A DNA stretch of 59,477 nt, the filler included, from Dimargaris cristalligena (Eukaryota), in NCBI GenBank assembly GCA_003614675.1. It is 7 parts of 7 records of this genome, joined end to end, with 100 filler letters (N's around TTAATTAATTAA, not from the genome) between each part and the next. Parts side by side here need not be neighbours in the genome. Positions count along the whole stretch, not along the records: positions 34,093 to 42,501 come from ML003333.1; positions 42,602 to 51,006 come from ML003334.1; 5 more parts are not named here. One strand, written 5' to 3'. The translations under genes were made by a program, and so were the position numbers. Position 1 is the stretch's first letter, and each line of letters starts with the position of its first letter. Of the stretch, positions 34,093 through 47,073 are shown one piece after another. Under the pieces are notes generated by a model. The model saw nothing but the letters and a program-made list of their open reading frames with translations, was not told the origin of the DNA and did not search any database.

Positions 34093-37000
34093 TTTCGTTG
34101 GTAATCAGAATGCCGTCCGCAGATAACTCTGTAGGTAGAGTAATACCGGATGTGGGCAGTTCAATGCTACTTGGATCAGTGGATTGGGCTAGAGACCAGA
34201 GGTGGTTAGCCCACGCTGTGTACGAGTGGGTTTTCGGATCAAGAGGCTGTCCAGTTAAGAAGGCCGAAAGGTCATCCTGAATAATTTGGACGGACAAATA
34301 GTCAAAGACCAGGTGGTGCACGGCAATGTAGACGTATTGAACGCCATTTATATCAAAGACCCGAACCTGGGAGATCGGGCCGGTCTCAAAATTAATTTGG
34401 CGATTGATTGTATTGAGTTGGGCCAGTGTGTCGCTAATATCGGGTACTTGGTGGTATTCAAAGCAAGTCGACGATGGGTTATCAATGTCTGCAAAAGTGA
34501 TCATTATTTCCCCATCGGTGGTCAGGAAGCGAGCGCGGAGCATGTCATGGCGCTGGACTACCTTGGTCCAGGCGGCATGCCATTGTTGAGCGGTGAATCG
34601 AGTGCTGGATTCAAACATAGTGGGTAGGGGGAAGAAGTGGGGGTCAGCCAGTTGAAGGGCAAATAACTCCACCTGGGGCGGGGTGAGTCGTATGGCCCCT
34701 GATTTCGAATCAACTGTGTTATGGTTATCATCAGCAAACACTCCAATGCAACCGGACGAGGTCGGAATTAGTTCGGCGAGGTGGGCAATGGTGTTGGATC
34801 GGTTAATATCGATCAGGTTCAGTTGGAGGTTCTGGCGACGACTACGGGATACCAATTGGATAGCCGAAAGGGAGTTACCACCGAGCTGGAAAAAAGTAGC
34901 TGCTGGTGAAATACTACTCGGATCAATTCGAAGGGTTTCGGCAATTATACCAATGAGCCGGGCTTCGCCTGGACTGAGTTGGGCAATCTTCTGGCTATCA
35001 TTGCTAGGTGTAAAATGGTGTCTGGGCAGGGCCTTGCGGTCCACTTTACCCACCCGGGTCAATGGTAATTCAGATAGTTCCACGAGGACAGAAGGCACCA
35101 TGTAGTGGGGAAGCCGGGATCGCAGAGAATCCATGATAGCGGCTACCCGGCCAGAAGGGGGAATAATGTAGCCGATCAAGTGACTCTCATCCTGGACTAC
35201 AACGCAAGCCTGGTCCACGGCGGGGTGGCGTTCCAGGGCGCTCTCTATTTCCCCGAGTTCAATCCGGAACCCCCGCAATTTGACTTGATTATCGATCCGG
35301 CCGAGGCATTCAATTTGACCATTGGGTAACCAGCGGGCCAGGTCTCCCGACTGGTAGATGCGCTCACCGGTAAACGGACTCAAAATAAATTTCTCCTGCG
35401 TCAGTTCAGGGTGATTAAGATAACCACGGGCCACACCACGACCGCCCAAGTAGAGCTGGCCTACAGCTCCAACAGGGACCAGATGCAAATGGGCATCGAG
35501 GATAATACCGGTGGCGTTGGGTAGCGGAGAGCCAATGGGGATTATTGCCTTGTTGGCCTGGAGCCGCGTCCAGTGGGATCCAACCGCCACTTCGGTGGGA
35601 CCGTACCAGTTGATGAGGTCAACCGAGCCGGCCCACTTATTCACTATTCCTTGGTTGGCCGGCTCACCCGTAATTATAACTTGGCGTAGGTTGGGGAAAT
35701 TGGCCGGATCGAAGCCAGAGAGCAGCGAAGGAGTGCAGCAGGCTCGCGTAGCCTGGGCAAGGGCACCTTCGTAATCCCCTTGGTTTACCAGAACGGTGCC
35801 ACCAAAGGACAGCGTGGTCCATATCTCAGATAGAGACGCATCGAAGGTGGGGGTAACAAGGGTAGGGGTAATGGCACCGGGGGCCATATTCGTGACACGG
35901 CCCATGCCCTGCCAGTGGTTGGCCAAAGCGTGGTGTTCGTGCATGACGCCCTTGGGGGTACCGGTCGAACCCGAAGTGTAGATAATTGCAGCCAAATGAG
36001 AAGGATCGATGGCTGGCGATGGGTATGTGTTAGCCTGGCTATCGGCAAGTAGCGTAGCAATGTTAATAGGCATCGTAGGTATAGTTAACCCGAGTGAGTC
36101 TAATGGCAAAAGGTAGGATGGCTTACCCATAACGGCGATCGCTTGCGTGTCTTCCAATATCAACTGGCGCCGTTTAAGAGGATAATCGGGAGCCAAAACT
36201 ACAAACGCACAGCCCGTCCTCCAAATAGCCAGTTGACCCACAATGAGTTCCGGGCAGTTGTCGGCGACTAGGGCCACTATCCGGTCGGACCCGCAGGCTG
36301 TTTTCAGAGCCAGTGAATAGGCCAGCCGATTGGCAGCCATGTCCAGTTGGGTGTAGGTATAGTGTTGGTCACTATATGTGATGGCGGTGAGTTGAGGCTT
36401 ACTCTCACATTGCAGCTTAAAGAGATCATGAGCCAGGGCCCGGGGGGCATTATATGGATTGGTGGCCCAGCCTCCCAACAGCTGTGCGCGTTCAGGTGAA
36501 GTGAGAATCGGGATATCGGTAAGTGAGCTGTTGGTATCTGCTTCAAGTAATGCTCCCAAGACGGTCACGTAGTGGTCGGCAAATGAGTTGACAAACTCAG
36601 GGCTAAAATCCAATGACCGGTAAGTTACTCGGAATTGAACCTGATTATCTTGGGTATGGGCAATAACCACGAGTGGGAAGTCCGCAGGATCCCGGTAGCT
36701 ATCCATTTCCATTTGGAATGGCAGATCCGGATTTGCTGGAGCCTCGGGGTAGTTTTCCAACACCAGAAGAGTATTGAATAATGTACGCTGTTGACCGATG
36801 CCACTCCAGCGATGGATATCCGTTAGCCGACAGTGTTCGAAGCCATATGCCCGAGTGCTTGCCGCGTACACGGTCTGCAGGATATCCTGGACTGATGGAC
36901 CGTTGCCAAGTGCGACCCGACAAGGAATAGTATTGATGCATGCCCCGATAATACTTTCAATGCCTGACAAGGGAACATTTCGGCCCGAAACCACCACCCC

Positions 37001-40000
37001 AAATATGGGGTCAATGGATCCTGTATGGTGGTGAAGTACCGCCGCCATCGTCACTCGCAGCAGGGTCGAAAGAGTAACCTCGTGGCCGCTAATAAATCTA
37101 TTAATTTGGTCAAGAATCTGCGCAGATTTTTGAACGGTTCCGTAAAACGCGTTGTCGCTAGCTCCTAAATTAGATATTAAAGGGCAATGGTGCGCTTCGA
37201 CTAATAGGCTTGGTTCTTCAACCCCAGAGAATTGACCAGCCCAAAATTGCTCGGCTTGGTCACTACTGTGTTCCAAAATATGGTCAACGAAGTCGCGATA
37301 TTGTACTGTCCGGGGTAGGGGGGTCTCAGAATAGTTGCGTTGGACGCTATGAAGCAGCAGTCCGATGGACCAACCGTCTAATAGGGCATGGTGGGCTGAA
37401 ATCATGAATCTATGTATGTTTGGGGCTGTCCGGAAAAGACCAAACCGGATCCAGGGTCGGTCCAATGTGAATGCTGCTGTTCGTTCCTGAAGGAAAAATT
37501 GTTCGCACAAGACATCCAATTGCCCCCCTTCCCAGCTCCAAATATGCCAGTGGGCATTAAATGTCTCGGCCACAATCTGTAGGTTCTTGTCGGCGAGACA
37601 CCCGCTAGCAGTCAGGAAGCGAGTGCGTAGAATGGAGTGGTTACGTGCCGTTTGTTCCCAGGCCCGGTGGAATTGACCGACGTTCAATTGGCCTTTGATA
37701 GTAAATCCCAGTTGGACCATGTAAGCGGCGGGGTCCTGAAGAGTGGCAAACAGCAGGCCCTCCTGAACCGGAAGACAGGGGTAAATATCTTGGATATCGG
37801 CCAATGTCAAGTCCAATGAGGGTAGGTCATCTTGAACCATCTTGTTAAAGTCCGATTCTGTTAATTGGGCCGAGGAAAAATCGCTAGCTGTCATAATAGC
37901 GGGTACAGGAACCGTCTTGCATTCGAGGATGAGCGCTTCGAGAGAGGTAAGCCACTGGTCGACCACTTTTTGGATGGTTCTCAAGTGATGTAATTCATTG
38001 GAGTACATTATACTAAGCACAAGTCCATCATCGATAGTATAATCGCACGCCACACTGAGTGCCCGATTGAAACGCTCATCCCGGTCCAAACCATCGGCCC
38101 AACCCATTTCGATGTGACGAGGGCGCCAAAACGCATCCTGGGCCTCGAGTTGTTCGGATCGACCCGAGTAATTGAACGGAATGCGGTGCCAGTCAGATGA
38201 AGGTGTCCCCGAGGTTTCCGGGACATTTCTATCGACGACAGGGGCTGATAGAGATGGGGTGTTCTTGAGGTAGCGCTGAAGACTATAGGGGAAACCGTGG
38301 TTGGGAATGGAGCGCATGCGCTGTTTGGCTAGAGCCAAGGTGCGCAGGTTATGGCTATTGCCTGGGTAAGCCCGCGTCTGGTTCAGGTCAAATACAGACG
38401 GGTAGATGGAAGTAAACCAGCCTACCGTGCGACTGATATCAATGGCAGAGTCCCAGGTCCGACGGCCATGGCCCTCTAGTTCTAACTCAATTACCGAAAT
38501 TTCTAAAGTCGCTTGTAGAGAGAGAAGGAGAGAGGCTATCAGAAACTCTTGGGGGGAGACACCTACGGCAGGGGCAACTTCGGTAAATAGGGCGTCAGAC
38601 AGAACATGGCCAAGTGATGCACGCTGTACTTCAAACGAGCGATAGGTTGCTGTGGGGGTAGCGGACTGGTTACTCATTGATGCAAATGGGTAATCTAACG
38701 GAATGGGTTCAGCTGGAGTGGATGATATTGGCCCGACAGAATCGGGGAGAGCCTGAGCATAGGCGTGGACCCGAGTAGCCCACTCACGGAACGGCATAGT
38801 CTTAGCGGGCAAGTCCCGGTTTTCAAGGAGGACCTCCAGGTCTTCGAGAATAATCCGCCAGGAAACAAAGTCGACAGCGAAGTGGTGAATAGTCAAGTAA
38901 ACATGCTGCTCGCCGTCCAGGGTTAACAAACCGCAAACCATCGTAGGCCCCTGTTCAATTGAAATGGTTTGTTGCGTTTGTCTGACCCAAGTGGGGTATT
39001 CGTCAAGGGTAAGTGTAGCTTCTTCGATGGACAAGAATTGGTGCAACCAAGAGGCCGTGTCGGAGGGTATGGGTAATACCCGTTGTTGCCATTGATCGTG
39101 GGCAAGTTCAATGCGGATTCGAAGGATATCGTGGTGGGTCATCAGGGCGATTAGGGCCTGGGTAAGAACGGTGGAAGTCAATGTCTGGCGGCACTTGAGG
39201 AGCATGGACTGGTTGAATTGATTAATAAACCGGTATTCCTTCAGGGCAAAGCGCTGCACAGCAGTCCAGGGAATCGGACCAACCGGATCGACATATAGAA
39301 TAGATATCAGGTCTTCGGAATCTATAAATCGGGCACACTGTCCCATGGCCGCTAATTGGGCATGTTTGAGAATATCGGCCACTGAAAGCTGGAGTCCCAG
39401 TCGTTTACAGCGGTTGGAAAACTGAATCGCCGAAATCGAGTCACCCCCAAGTTGGAGAAATGAGGCAAATGGTGTGATTTTTTGGGGATCGACCTTGAGG
39501 GTATCAGCTAAGGCCTCTCGCATGAGCAAGAATATTGGCGATAAGGATTCGACGTCGATGGCTTCGTCTGTGGTGTCTATTGGTAGCGGCCGACCCTGAA
39601 GTGCCTTGCGATCGGACTTGCCCAGGGAAGTTATGGGGATGTAATCCAATGGTACGATAAAATTTGGCACCATATATGGCGGGAGTTTGGTGGCGAGTTG
39701 GGTTTTGAGGGCCATAGTATCAACCGAATTGGGGGCTATATAAAGAACGATTTGCTGTTGGGTGACACAGGCTACCGCATAGGATACGCCCTCAACTGAT
39801 GAGGCGGTGTTTTCGATTTCACCCAGTTCGATACGATAGCCGCGCAATTTCACCTGAAAGTCTTTTCGCGAGATGAACTGGATTTTGCCGCCGGGAAGCC
39901 AGCAAACATGATCCCCGGTTCGGTACAAGGTACCGGAACCAAACGGGTTCCGAATAAACGATGTAGCAGTGATCTCTGGCTGTTTCCAGTAACCAGTACT

Positions 40001-42501
40001 AACTCCAATACCGCCAATACAGAGTTCTCCAGGGACACCGACAGGAACAGGATAAAGCTGATTATTGAGCACGTAGCCCTGGATACCGGCCATAGGGCGG
40101 CCGATGGAGATCGGCTCGCTCGCGTTAATTTGGTTGACGTGGGACGCGATGGTGATTTCAACGGGGCCATAAAAATTTAATAAGCGAACGTGCTTACACC
40201 ATTGGTGGGCCACATGGATTGGAACAGCCTCCCCGCCCGTGATGACGGTTCTCAAATTGGGATAGGTCTCGGGATCAATGGATGCCAGCATAGAAGGTAT
40301 AATTGGACAGGTGTTGACGCGAGACAAACAATCGAGGAAATCACCATCTTGGAGTACCAAAGTACCACCTGAGTGGAAGGCACCGAATATTCCGATTAGG
40401 CACCCATCAAAGGAAATATTCACGGTCTGTAATATGCGGCTATCCGAATCGAATTTACCTGCTTCGCAGCTACTTATAATGAAGTTAACTAATGACTCAT
40501 GTCGTATGGGCACCCCCTTGGGTCGACCGGTGGTACCTGAGGTGAATACAATGTAAACCAAGTCTGAAGGTGCGCGAGTAGTGTCGGGCTGAAATGTATG
40601 AGTGGCAATTATATGGTGATTAATCGTATCGACAAGGCAGCACCGACTTTCTGGATCACTTATACGTTCCTTAAATAGTTCAAAATACTCAGTAGTGGTT
40701 AGCAGCCACGGTTCGTCTAATAAATCAAAAGTGTATAGGAGGCGGTCAACAGCGTTGGACACGTCCATCGGAATGCATACTCCACCGGCCATTAATGTGC
40801 CCAAATAAGATAAGATAAATTCGGCCGACTTGGGAAAGAGTAGGGCGACATGGGCGCCCGGTTTGAATCCGCGCTGTTGAAGGGTCAGGGCGATACAGCA
40901 CGCTCGATGGTACACCTCGGCATAGGTTAGTTGTTGATTCGAGGTTTCAAGGGCAATAGCACCGGGCCGGAAGGGAATGTGTTGAGTAAACAGCTGATAG
41001 ACCAACCATTGTTTTTGAGGGAATTCGCGCAGAGGCCCCTGTGTCCACTTATCAACAAGCTGGGCCTCATCGGTTGGAAGAGTCATAAGCTCATGTAAAC
41101 TTAGGGACGGGTAATTTACCATTGTGGACAAGCAATGGTCGATATACCGAATTAAATAATTTGCGTAGACTTCGTCACAGTGGGCCTGATCGTAAGCCAT
41201 ATGACAATCCAGATTCAACCCATTGTCCACAAAACTAATGGTGAGAGTATATTCAGTAAAATTTTGTCCATTGCGGGGTTCAAAGGTGATATCGGGGTTG
41301 ACGATTTTGGATTTGGAAGGTGGGAAATTGTCGTACGCCATCAGGGAGTTGAAGAGCTTGGTTTCGGGACTGACTTGGCCCCATTTGAAGATATCAAAAA
41401 GACCGCACTGTTCAGACGCCATTAGTTTACCAGACTGGCGGTGCAGACCCGTTACAAAGTCGGTTACGGTCGTCGATAGGTTCAGTGAGACTCGGAAGGG
41501 TAGAGTATTGATACACATGCCCACCATATTTTGAATCCCCGGTACGGGTGCATTGCGACCGGAAGTGAGGACGCCGAAGGAAATATCGTCAGACTCGCCT
41601 AGGTAGCGGGAAAGAGTAAGGGCCCACACACCGCGCAGGAGGGAATTGAGAGTAATACTCTGCTGGCGACAGAATGTATGTAGTTTTGCCAGAGTTGGCG
41701 ACAGCGCAGAGTGATATGTTCCATAATTGCAATCCAGGGATTCGGCGGGGTGAACAGGGAAATGAATGGGTGGGGTGGGGTGGGCATTCTCCAGTGTCCT
41801 TTTCCAGAATTGTTGGAGTGGGAATTGGTCGGAGCTTTGGAGGTGGGAAATGTAACTACTAAACTGGGTGGAAGGGGTAGGCTCCGTACCGTGGTATAGG
41901 TCAACCAGTTGGGTCAACACAATATTCTGAGACCAGGCATCGAGTAGGGCATGGTGGAAGGTCAAGAAACACAAGTGACGGAGATCGCTGGTGGCCGGTG
42001 AGGTGAAGAAGGCCATCCGCAATAGGGGCTCGTCAAATGTAAAGCCCCGTTGACGGTCGGTTTTAAAGTAGATTGTTTCCAATGTGGACTAGTCGTCGAC
42101 TATATCCGTATGGACTGACCATTCAATGTCGCACCGTTTAGTGATGACCTGGAGGAAGGAGTGACTTGATAGAGATTCAGGCCGGAAGAATTTCGTTCGC
42201 AAGATATCGTGTTGCTCAGCCAACTGGTGCCAGGCTTTCTGGAGGCGATCCAAGTCTAGGTCCCCAGAAATGGTAAAGGACTGCTGCACCATATACGAGC
42301 TTGGGTCTTTAAGAGTATTCACGAGGAAGCCCAATTGAAGTCCAGAAGTCGATAGAATATCGGTGATTTCATCCAAGTCTATATTTAATTGGGAGGTGGC
42401 CTCTTGTAGGAGAGATTCCACCATTGAGGAAGTGTAGTGCCATCCGGAGGTCGGCACTTAACCCCGGACTGTGGATGGCTAGTCCTCATCACCAGAGGGC
42501 G
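34093..42501 (-). pseudogene. Intronless multimodular NRPS fragment C-A-T-E-C-A-T-E (3' truncated), with in-frame TAG at 42091-42089
   Basis: C1 HHALLDAWS (~41950), A1 FTSGTTGRPKG/YRTGD, T1 GGDSIS (~39440), E1 HHFAVDFVSW/EGHGR/RTVGWFT, C2 HHALLDGWS (~37385), A2 YTSGSTGTPKG, T2 GGNSLS (~34875), E2 HHLVFDYLS (~34310). ORF 42089-42457 (C-domain start, LQLGFL..DPSSYMVQ) is in frame with ORF 34037-42082 across one TAG. NRPS identity is near certain; pseudogene status is less so. Confidence 0.8.
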
Positions 42502-44135
42502 NNNNNNNNNNNNNNNNNNNNNNNNNNNNNNNNNNNNNNNNNNNNTTAATTAATTAANNNNNNNNNNNNNNNNNNNNNNNNNNNNNNNNNNNNNNNNNNN
42601 NACTAACCAGTTCGCCTGGAGAAGCCACCCTGCCCTTTTTGATATATTTTGTTGTTCATTTTAGTGGCTTGACACCACCACTCTGTGACACCAGTATAGC
42701 CTATTCCCATATGTTGAATAATGTGGATGCCTCTGGCCTTGTATAGTAGTAATGGGGAGTGTCCAAATACTAGGGTGGTATTCACGATAACCCAAAATAG
42801 AAAACCAATAGAGTAGTCTGCTTGTTGGTAAAGGCCACACTGCTTTCCAATTGGCTTGTTGGGTGGTTACAAAGGGAAATACAGAAGGGCACTACAAACC
42901 CCTATGGTTGCCAAGGCTAACGGTGGGGGGTCGAGGCACTTTTGTCCCTTTTTTGCAGGCCTCAACCACTACTGGAAAAGAGCAAAAGGGAGAATACATA
43001 AGGAAGCTACTGGGCGACTGTACTAAAATGGCCATTGTGAATTCGTTTTAAAAACTCATTATGTTAATAGAGGGGAAAGAAAAATTTTTCCGTAAAAATA
43101 TTCCTTTCCCCGAAGCAGAAAGGAAAAATTTTCTTGTGAAAATTTGTTTCTATATCTTTCTCCTTCTTTTATTCCTTCCTACCAGCCGACCCTAGTGGTT
43201 TATTCTATTTTTCCAGTCAAAATTTAATCTGTGCCATGTTCTTTTCACATGGGCGTGACGACTTTTCAGTTATTGCAGACCGTGGACTTGTCCATTCAGT
43301 GTAATAAGTAACGCTAATAAAATAACAAACGTCGACGGCATCTATTAACAATAATTCACCGTCAGCGGTTGGTTACTTTCGGCCAGCCTAAAATAGCCAA
43401 AGGCAAAGACGATAGACAAAGGCTGACCACCATACGCAGTTGGTTTATTGACTGTTCTCTTGCGGCCCAAACCCTTTGTTCATTCATTTTTATGTAGTTT
43501 GGGTTCAACGAGGGTGAAGACCATGGGGGACTTCACGCAGTGGTTATTCCTCGAATGTTGGCTCCACAGTCAATCGGGGTACTAGGTTGAAAGGGCAACG
43601 AGGGGATGATTCACCACGCAGCGTTATACAAAGTGTATCCATAGAGATGTTTAGCCACAGCTTGGCCATCTCTGTGGTATTTGATTTTCGCAAGTACGTT
43701 TGTTTAGGGGGGGGACTCGGGGACTCGGCCCAATGGCCTGGTCCGAAAATATCCCCCGTCCTATGTTGGTGGAACGATCCCTTTATATCTATTGCAAGAT
43801 ACATGTAGGTGCTGTATATCCGTATTCAGGATTATTGAATGGCGAGTTTTAATCGAATCCAGCCTCCGCCTTTCCCGACCAGCTCAGGTGCTCCCCCCCT
43901 CGCCTGTCCATGTCTCGTTAACGTCCGTCCCCAATATATAAGCTGGCTATCCCCCCTTCATATTCATCCCATCACACTTACTCTTAGCCTAATTAACTCT
44001 AGCCGGTATTCGATTTCCATTTTCTTCATTTTGCGTTGCCCTGCTGAATTTGGTTACGAATATTATCCCCCTTGTGGCCAGCTCAATTTTTCTGACATAC
44101 TTCCCGCGCGCCTCACGAATTTCTCTCGGTTGACG

Positions 44136-45719
44136 ATGAGGCCGTACCTTGTTCATGTCACTCTGCTAGGCCTGGCCCTGATCTTTAGTGTAGCCGGTCG
44201 CCTCCAATCCATGGGCGTAGGTGAGGAAATAGACGGCGACTTCCGTTATGATGCATTTGAACCCCACCCTAATAGCAAAGAAAATGACAGCCAATTAAAT
44301 AGAGGCAGACAGGACGTGGCTTCTTTTGAAGATGAGGTCTCTCAAACCAACACCGTCAAACCACTTACATCCTATCCCAATGAAGTTTTCTACATAATTC
44401 TGTCCCATTTTCCAGTGCATGACCGTTATTAGCTTTCGAATACCAATAAGCATTTCAAGGATTAGTCTGGCTATGCCAATGCCAGTCAGGACCTTTTCGG
44501 AGTAAGTCTACTTGATATATTCCAAATAATCCACTTGTCACTCTTTCATTCGGCCAACCATTGGCCGTGCTGATTTCTCTATTTTGATGGTATCCATTTG
44601 AATTATACGCACGCAGTCATATCGTTTGTGTATCAGCCCCCTCTCCATGCCCGCCGATCAATCCCCCTTTTTCTAACCGGAGTATTTTGTTGATATGCAT
44701 CTACGTCCCTACTATCTAAATCGGTTAAGCTTGAAGCAATTAAATTTATAGGTTCGAAGAACGGTTCGATCAATTTGAACGACTTGCAATTCCTTTTTCC
44801 AATACAGCTGGTAGGTGTACTCGGGACCATCGCGTGGAGGGAGAGTGGTGGCCATAAAATTGATCAGGTTGAACATGAGAACGGGCCGGTGAACACAAGA
44901 TTAGCGATGCACTATATAGGTTCAAGCTAGCAACGTTTTCAGGCTGGTGTCAAGGCGGAATGGGAGTACTTAAACTATTCTGGATTAAACGAAGACCAAA
45001 TACTTATCATATTCCCTATGCTGTACTTCTTGTCAGAACTGTCCGTGGATGATATTATCAAGCTATTATTTAAAATGAACACCGACAACGCAAGCTTCTT
45101 TGTGCCAATAGAACCTAAGAAACTTTATCCAGATGATCAGGCAGTCGAAATCCTTGGCATAAAATTCGAAAAAGCGTGGCGCTCTAGGGCTTATAATGAG
45201 CTTGCTCATTAATCAGTGTTCGGTATCTGTTCACTCCTTGCCATTACTGGCCAATTCGAAAAGTTGGATACCTTGGTGGAAAAGCTGGCAAGTCTTCGAA
45301 AAATTAATCATTCAGATATAGGAGTGTACGCCACTTTGCTACACTGGGAATTTGGCCAATTCCACACCGATCCAGAGGATAGGCTGCTAAAGCTTTTCGA
45401 CCGTGATTGTGATTACGTTAAAGCAATGGGATTCAAAACCGCCGAAGAAAAATGCCGGCAGTTATACAGGGGTTCTAGGAAGTTCGACGATACGCTTTAT
45501 ACTTGGACAGCTGGTGGGTTTGTGCACTTGCACCGTGACAATGATAAGCCTAAGTTGGTCCTCCGAGTCCGTCGCTCGGCTGTTGAGCAACTACTCAAAG
45601 ACAAGGGTTTCGAACTAGATGAGTCTCTTTTACTCCCTCGCTGCGATCTCGAAAAGCAGCTATATCTGGTGAAAATTCGAAAAGGGTTGCCACCCCCGCA
45701 GGATTTCAGTCAAGAGTAA
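44136..45719 (+). pseudogene. Signal peptide + F-box-like protein of unknown family, disrupted by in-frame stops; probable intron from 44502
   Basis: MRPYLVHVTLLGLALIFSVAG signal-like N-terminus; LTSYPNEVFYIILSHFPVHDRY*LSNTNKHF F-box pattern. ORFs 43839, 45018 and 45216 share one frame, broken by TAG 44430, TAG 44463, TAG 44928, TAA 45210. GTAAGT donor at 44502; in-frame acceptors end at 44636 or 44807. Confidence 0.65.
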
Positions 45720-47073
45720 TTGGTTGGACTCTCAACTGTCGTTTTAAATTCATATGGGATATTCTTTTATAGGTACTTCCTTTTATTTTGTATATATTTC
45801 GCTCCGAGCTAGCTCAAATGGCTAACGCCATAACCCATACCTACCCTAGTTTAATACAAGGCTATTTTTACTCTATTTGGTTTTTCCATTCCGCTACCGT
45901 CTCCTTTTTATAAAGATCCAAGATGATTATCTGATATTCTAGGCCACCATTCACAGGCTATGCTAAAGGTATATGTCTTACAAGAGCAGGATTAAGGGCC
46001 AGTAATGGTTGAGAATGCTGTATTCACTACTTATACTCCCTGCTGTTCTGAGTAACCAGGGGTATGTCTAATTGTTATTAGTGGGTTACTTAGTTCAGCT
46101 GATGTGCACATGAGTTTCGTGAATTTTCTGGATTAGTTTACGGTGCAGTTTTCAACGATAGTAACGATAGCTTGCTTGGCTTACTAACTGCATAATTGGC
46201 AAAGTTTTGCCGCAGTTAAAATGTACATGTGCCTGCTCCTTCTGCAATGCGAATGATTTAGTTATTATTATTTTCAATACCGTTTACGATTTTACATTTC
46301 CGGCGAAATTTTACTTTATTAGGTAAATGTTTTATTTGAAAAAATGCCACTTTTTTCACCTTTATTGGATTTTTCGACAGCTACAATAGCTATATTATCC
46401 AACCCCAGTTTTATTTATTTACATGCGGGAAGCTACCCTAGCCATGTCAGCCGGGAGGCGCCCCCTTCGATGCCAGGTGTCTCTTAAAAAGAACCAGTGG
46501 GCCCTAGCCACGTGTCGAAACCCAGCACCGTAAAACCAGAGCCCTATGAAAATACACGTATCTATATCGCTTAAAATGTTATGCAGCCCGGTTGAACTTC
46601 ATTTAAGTCGTATTTTTGGGGCTATTGGGAGGGGGGGGGTCGGAATAAATTAATCCGTGGATAAAGTGGGGCTTGGAGGAACATTTTTTCAAAATGATGT
46701 AGCCAAAATAATGGTATGGCATCCAGCGGAGACATGGGGTAAAATCCTAATAGTAGAAGAATTCCTTCCGTTCAATCTAGACTGCGAACTATCTGGGCAT
46801 GGTCAATACAGCGGATGGCCTATCCCCCCACTACACTCCTTAAATCATAGAGGAAGGCCAAAACTAAGAATTTAAATAGCTGTTTGGGTAATTATTTAAT
46901 TGGGGTTTATTATATATCACAATCCATGGGTCAAACGTGCAGCCCATTTAGGAATCCGGTAAAGTGAATACAGATGTTTGACAATGCATCAGACCATGCT
47001 GGGCCCTAATCGGGAATACATGTAGGTGTGTAGGAGATGAATAAACGTCTAGGGGGCCGACAAGTGACCAAAA

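Noticed and set aside
42089..45212. Alternative genetic code (TAA/TAG = Gln) as an explanation for in-frame stops
   Set aside because: TUF1 ends at TAG and RPA135 and AA11 at TAA at the expected C-termini, and long core genes contain no internal TAR codons.
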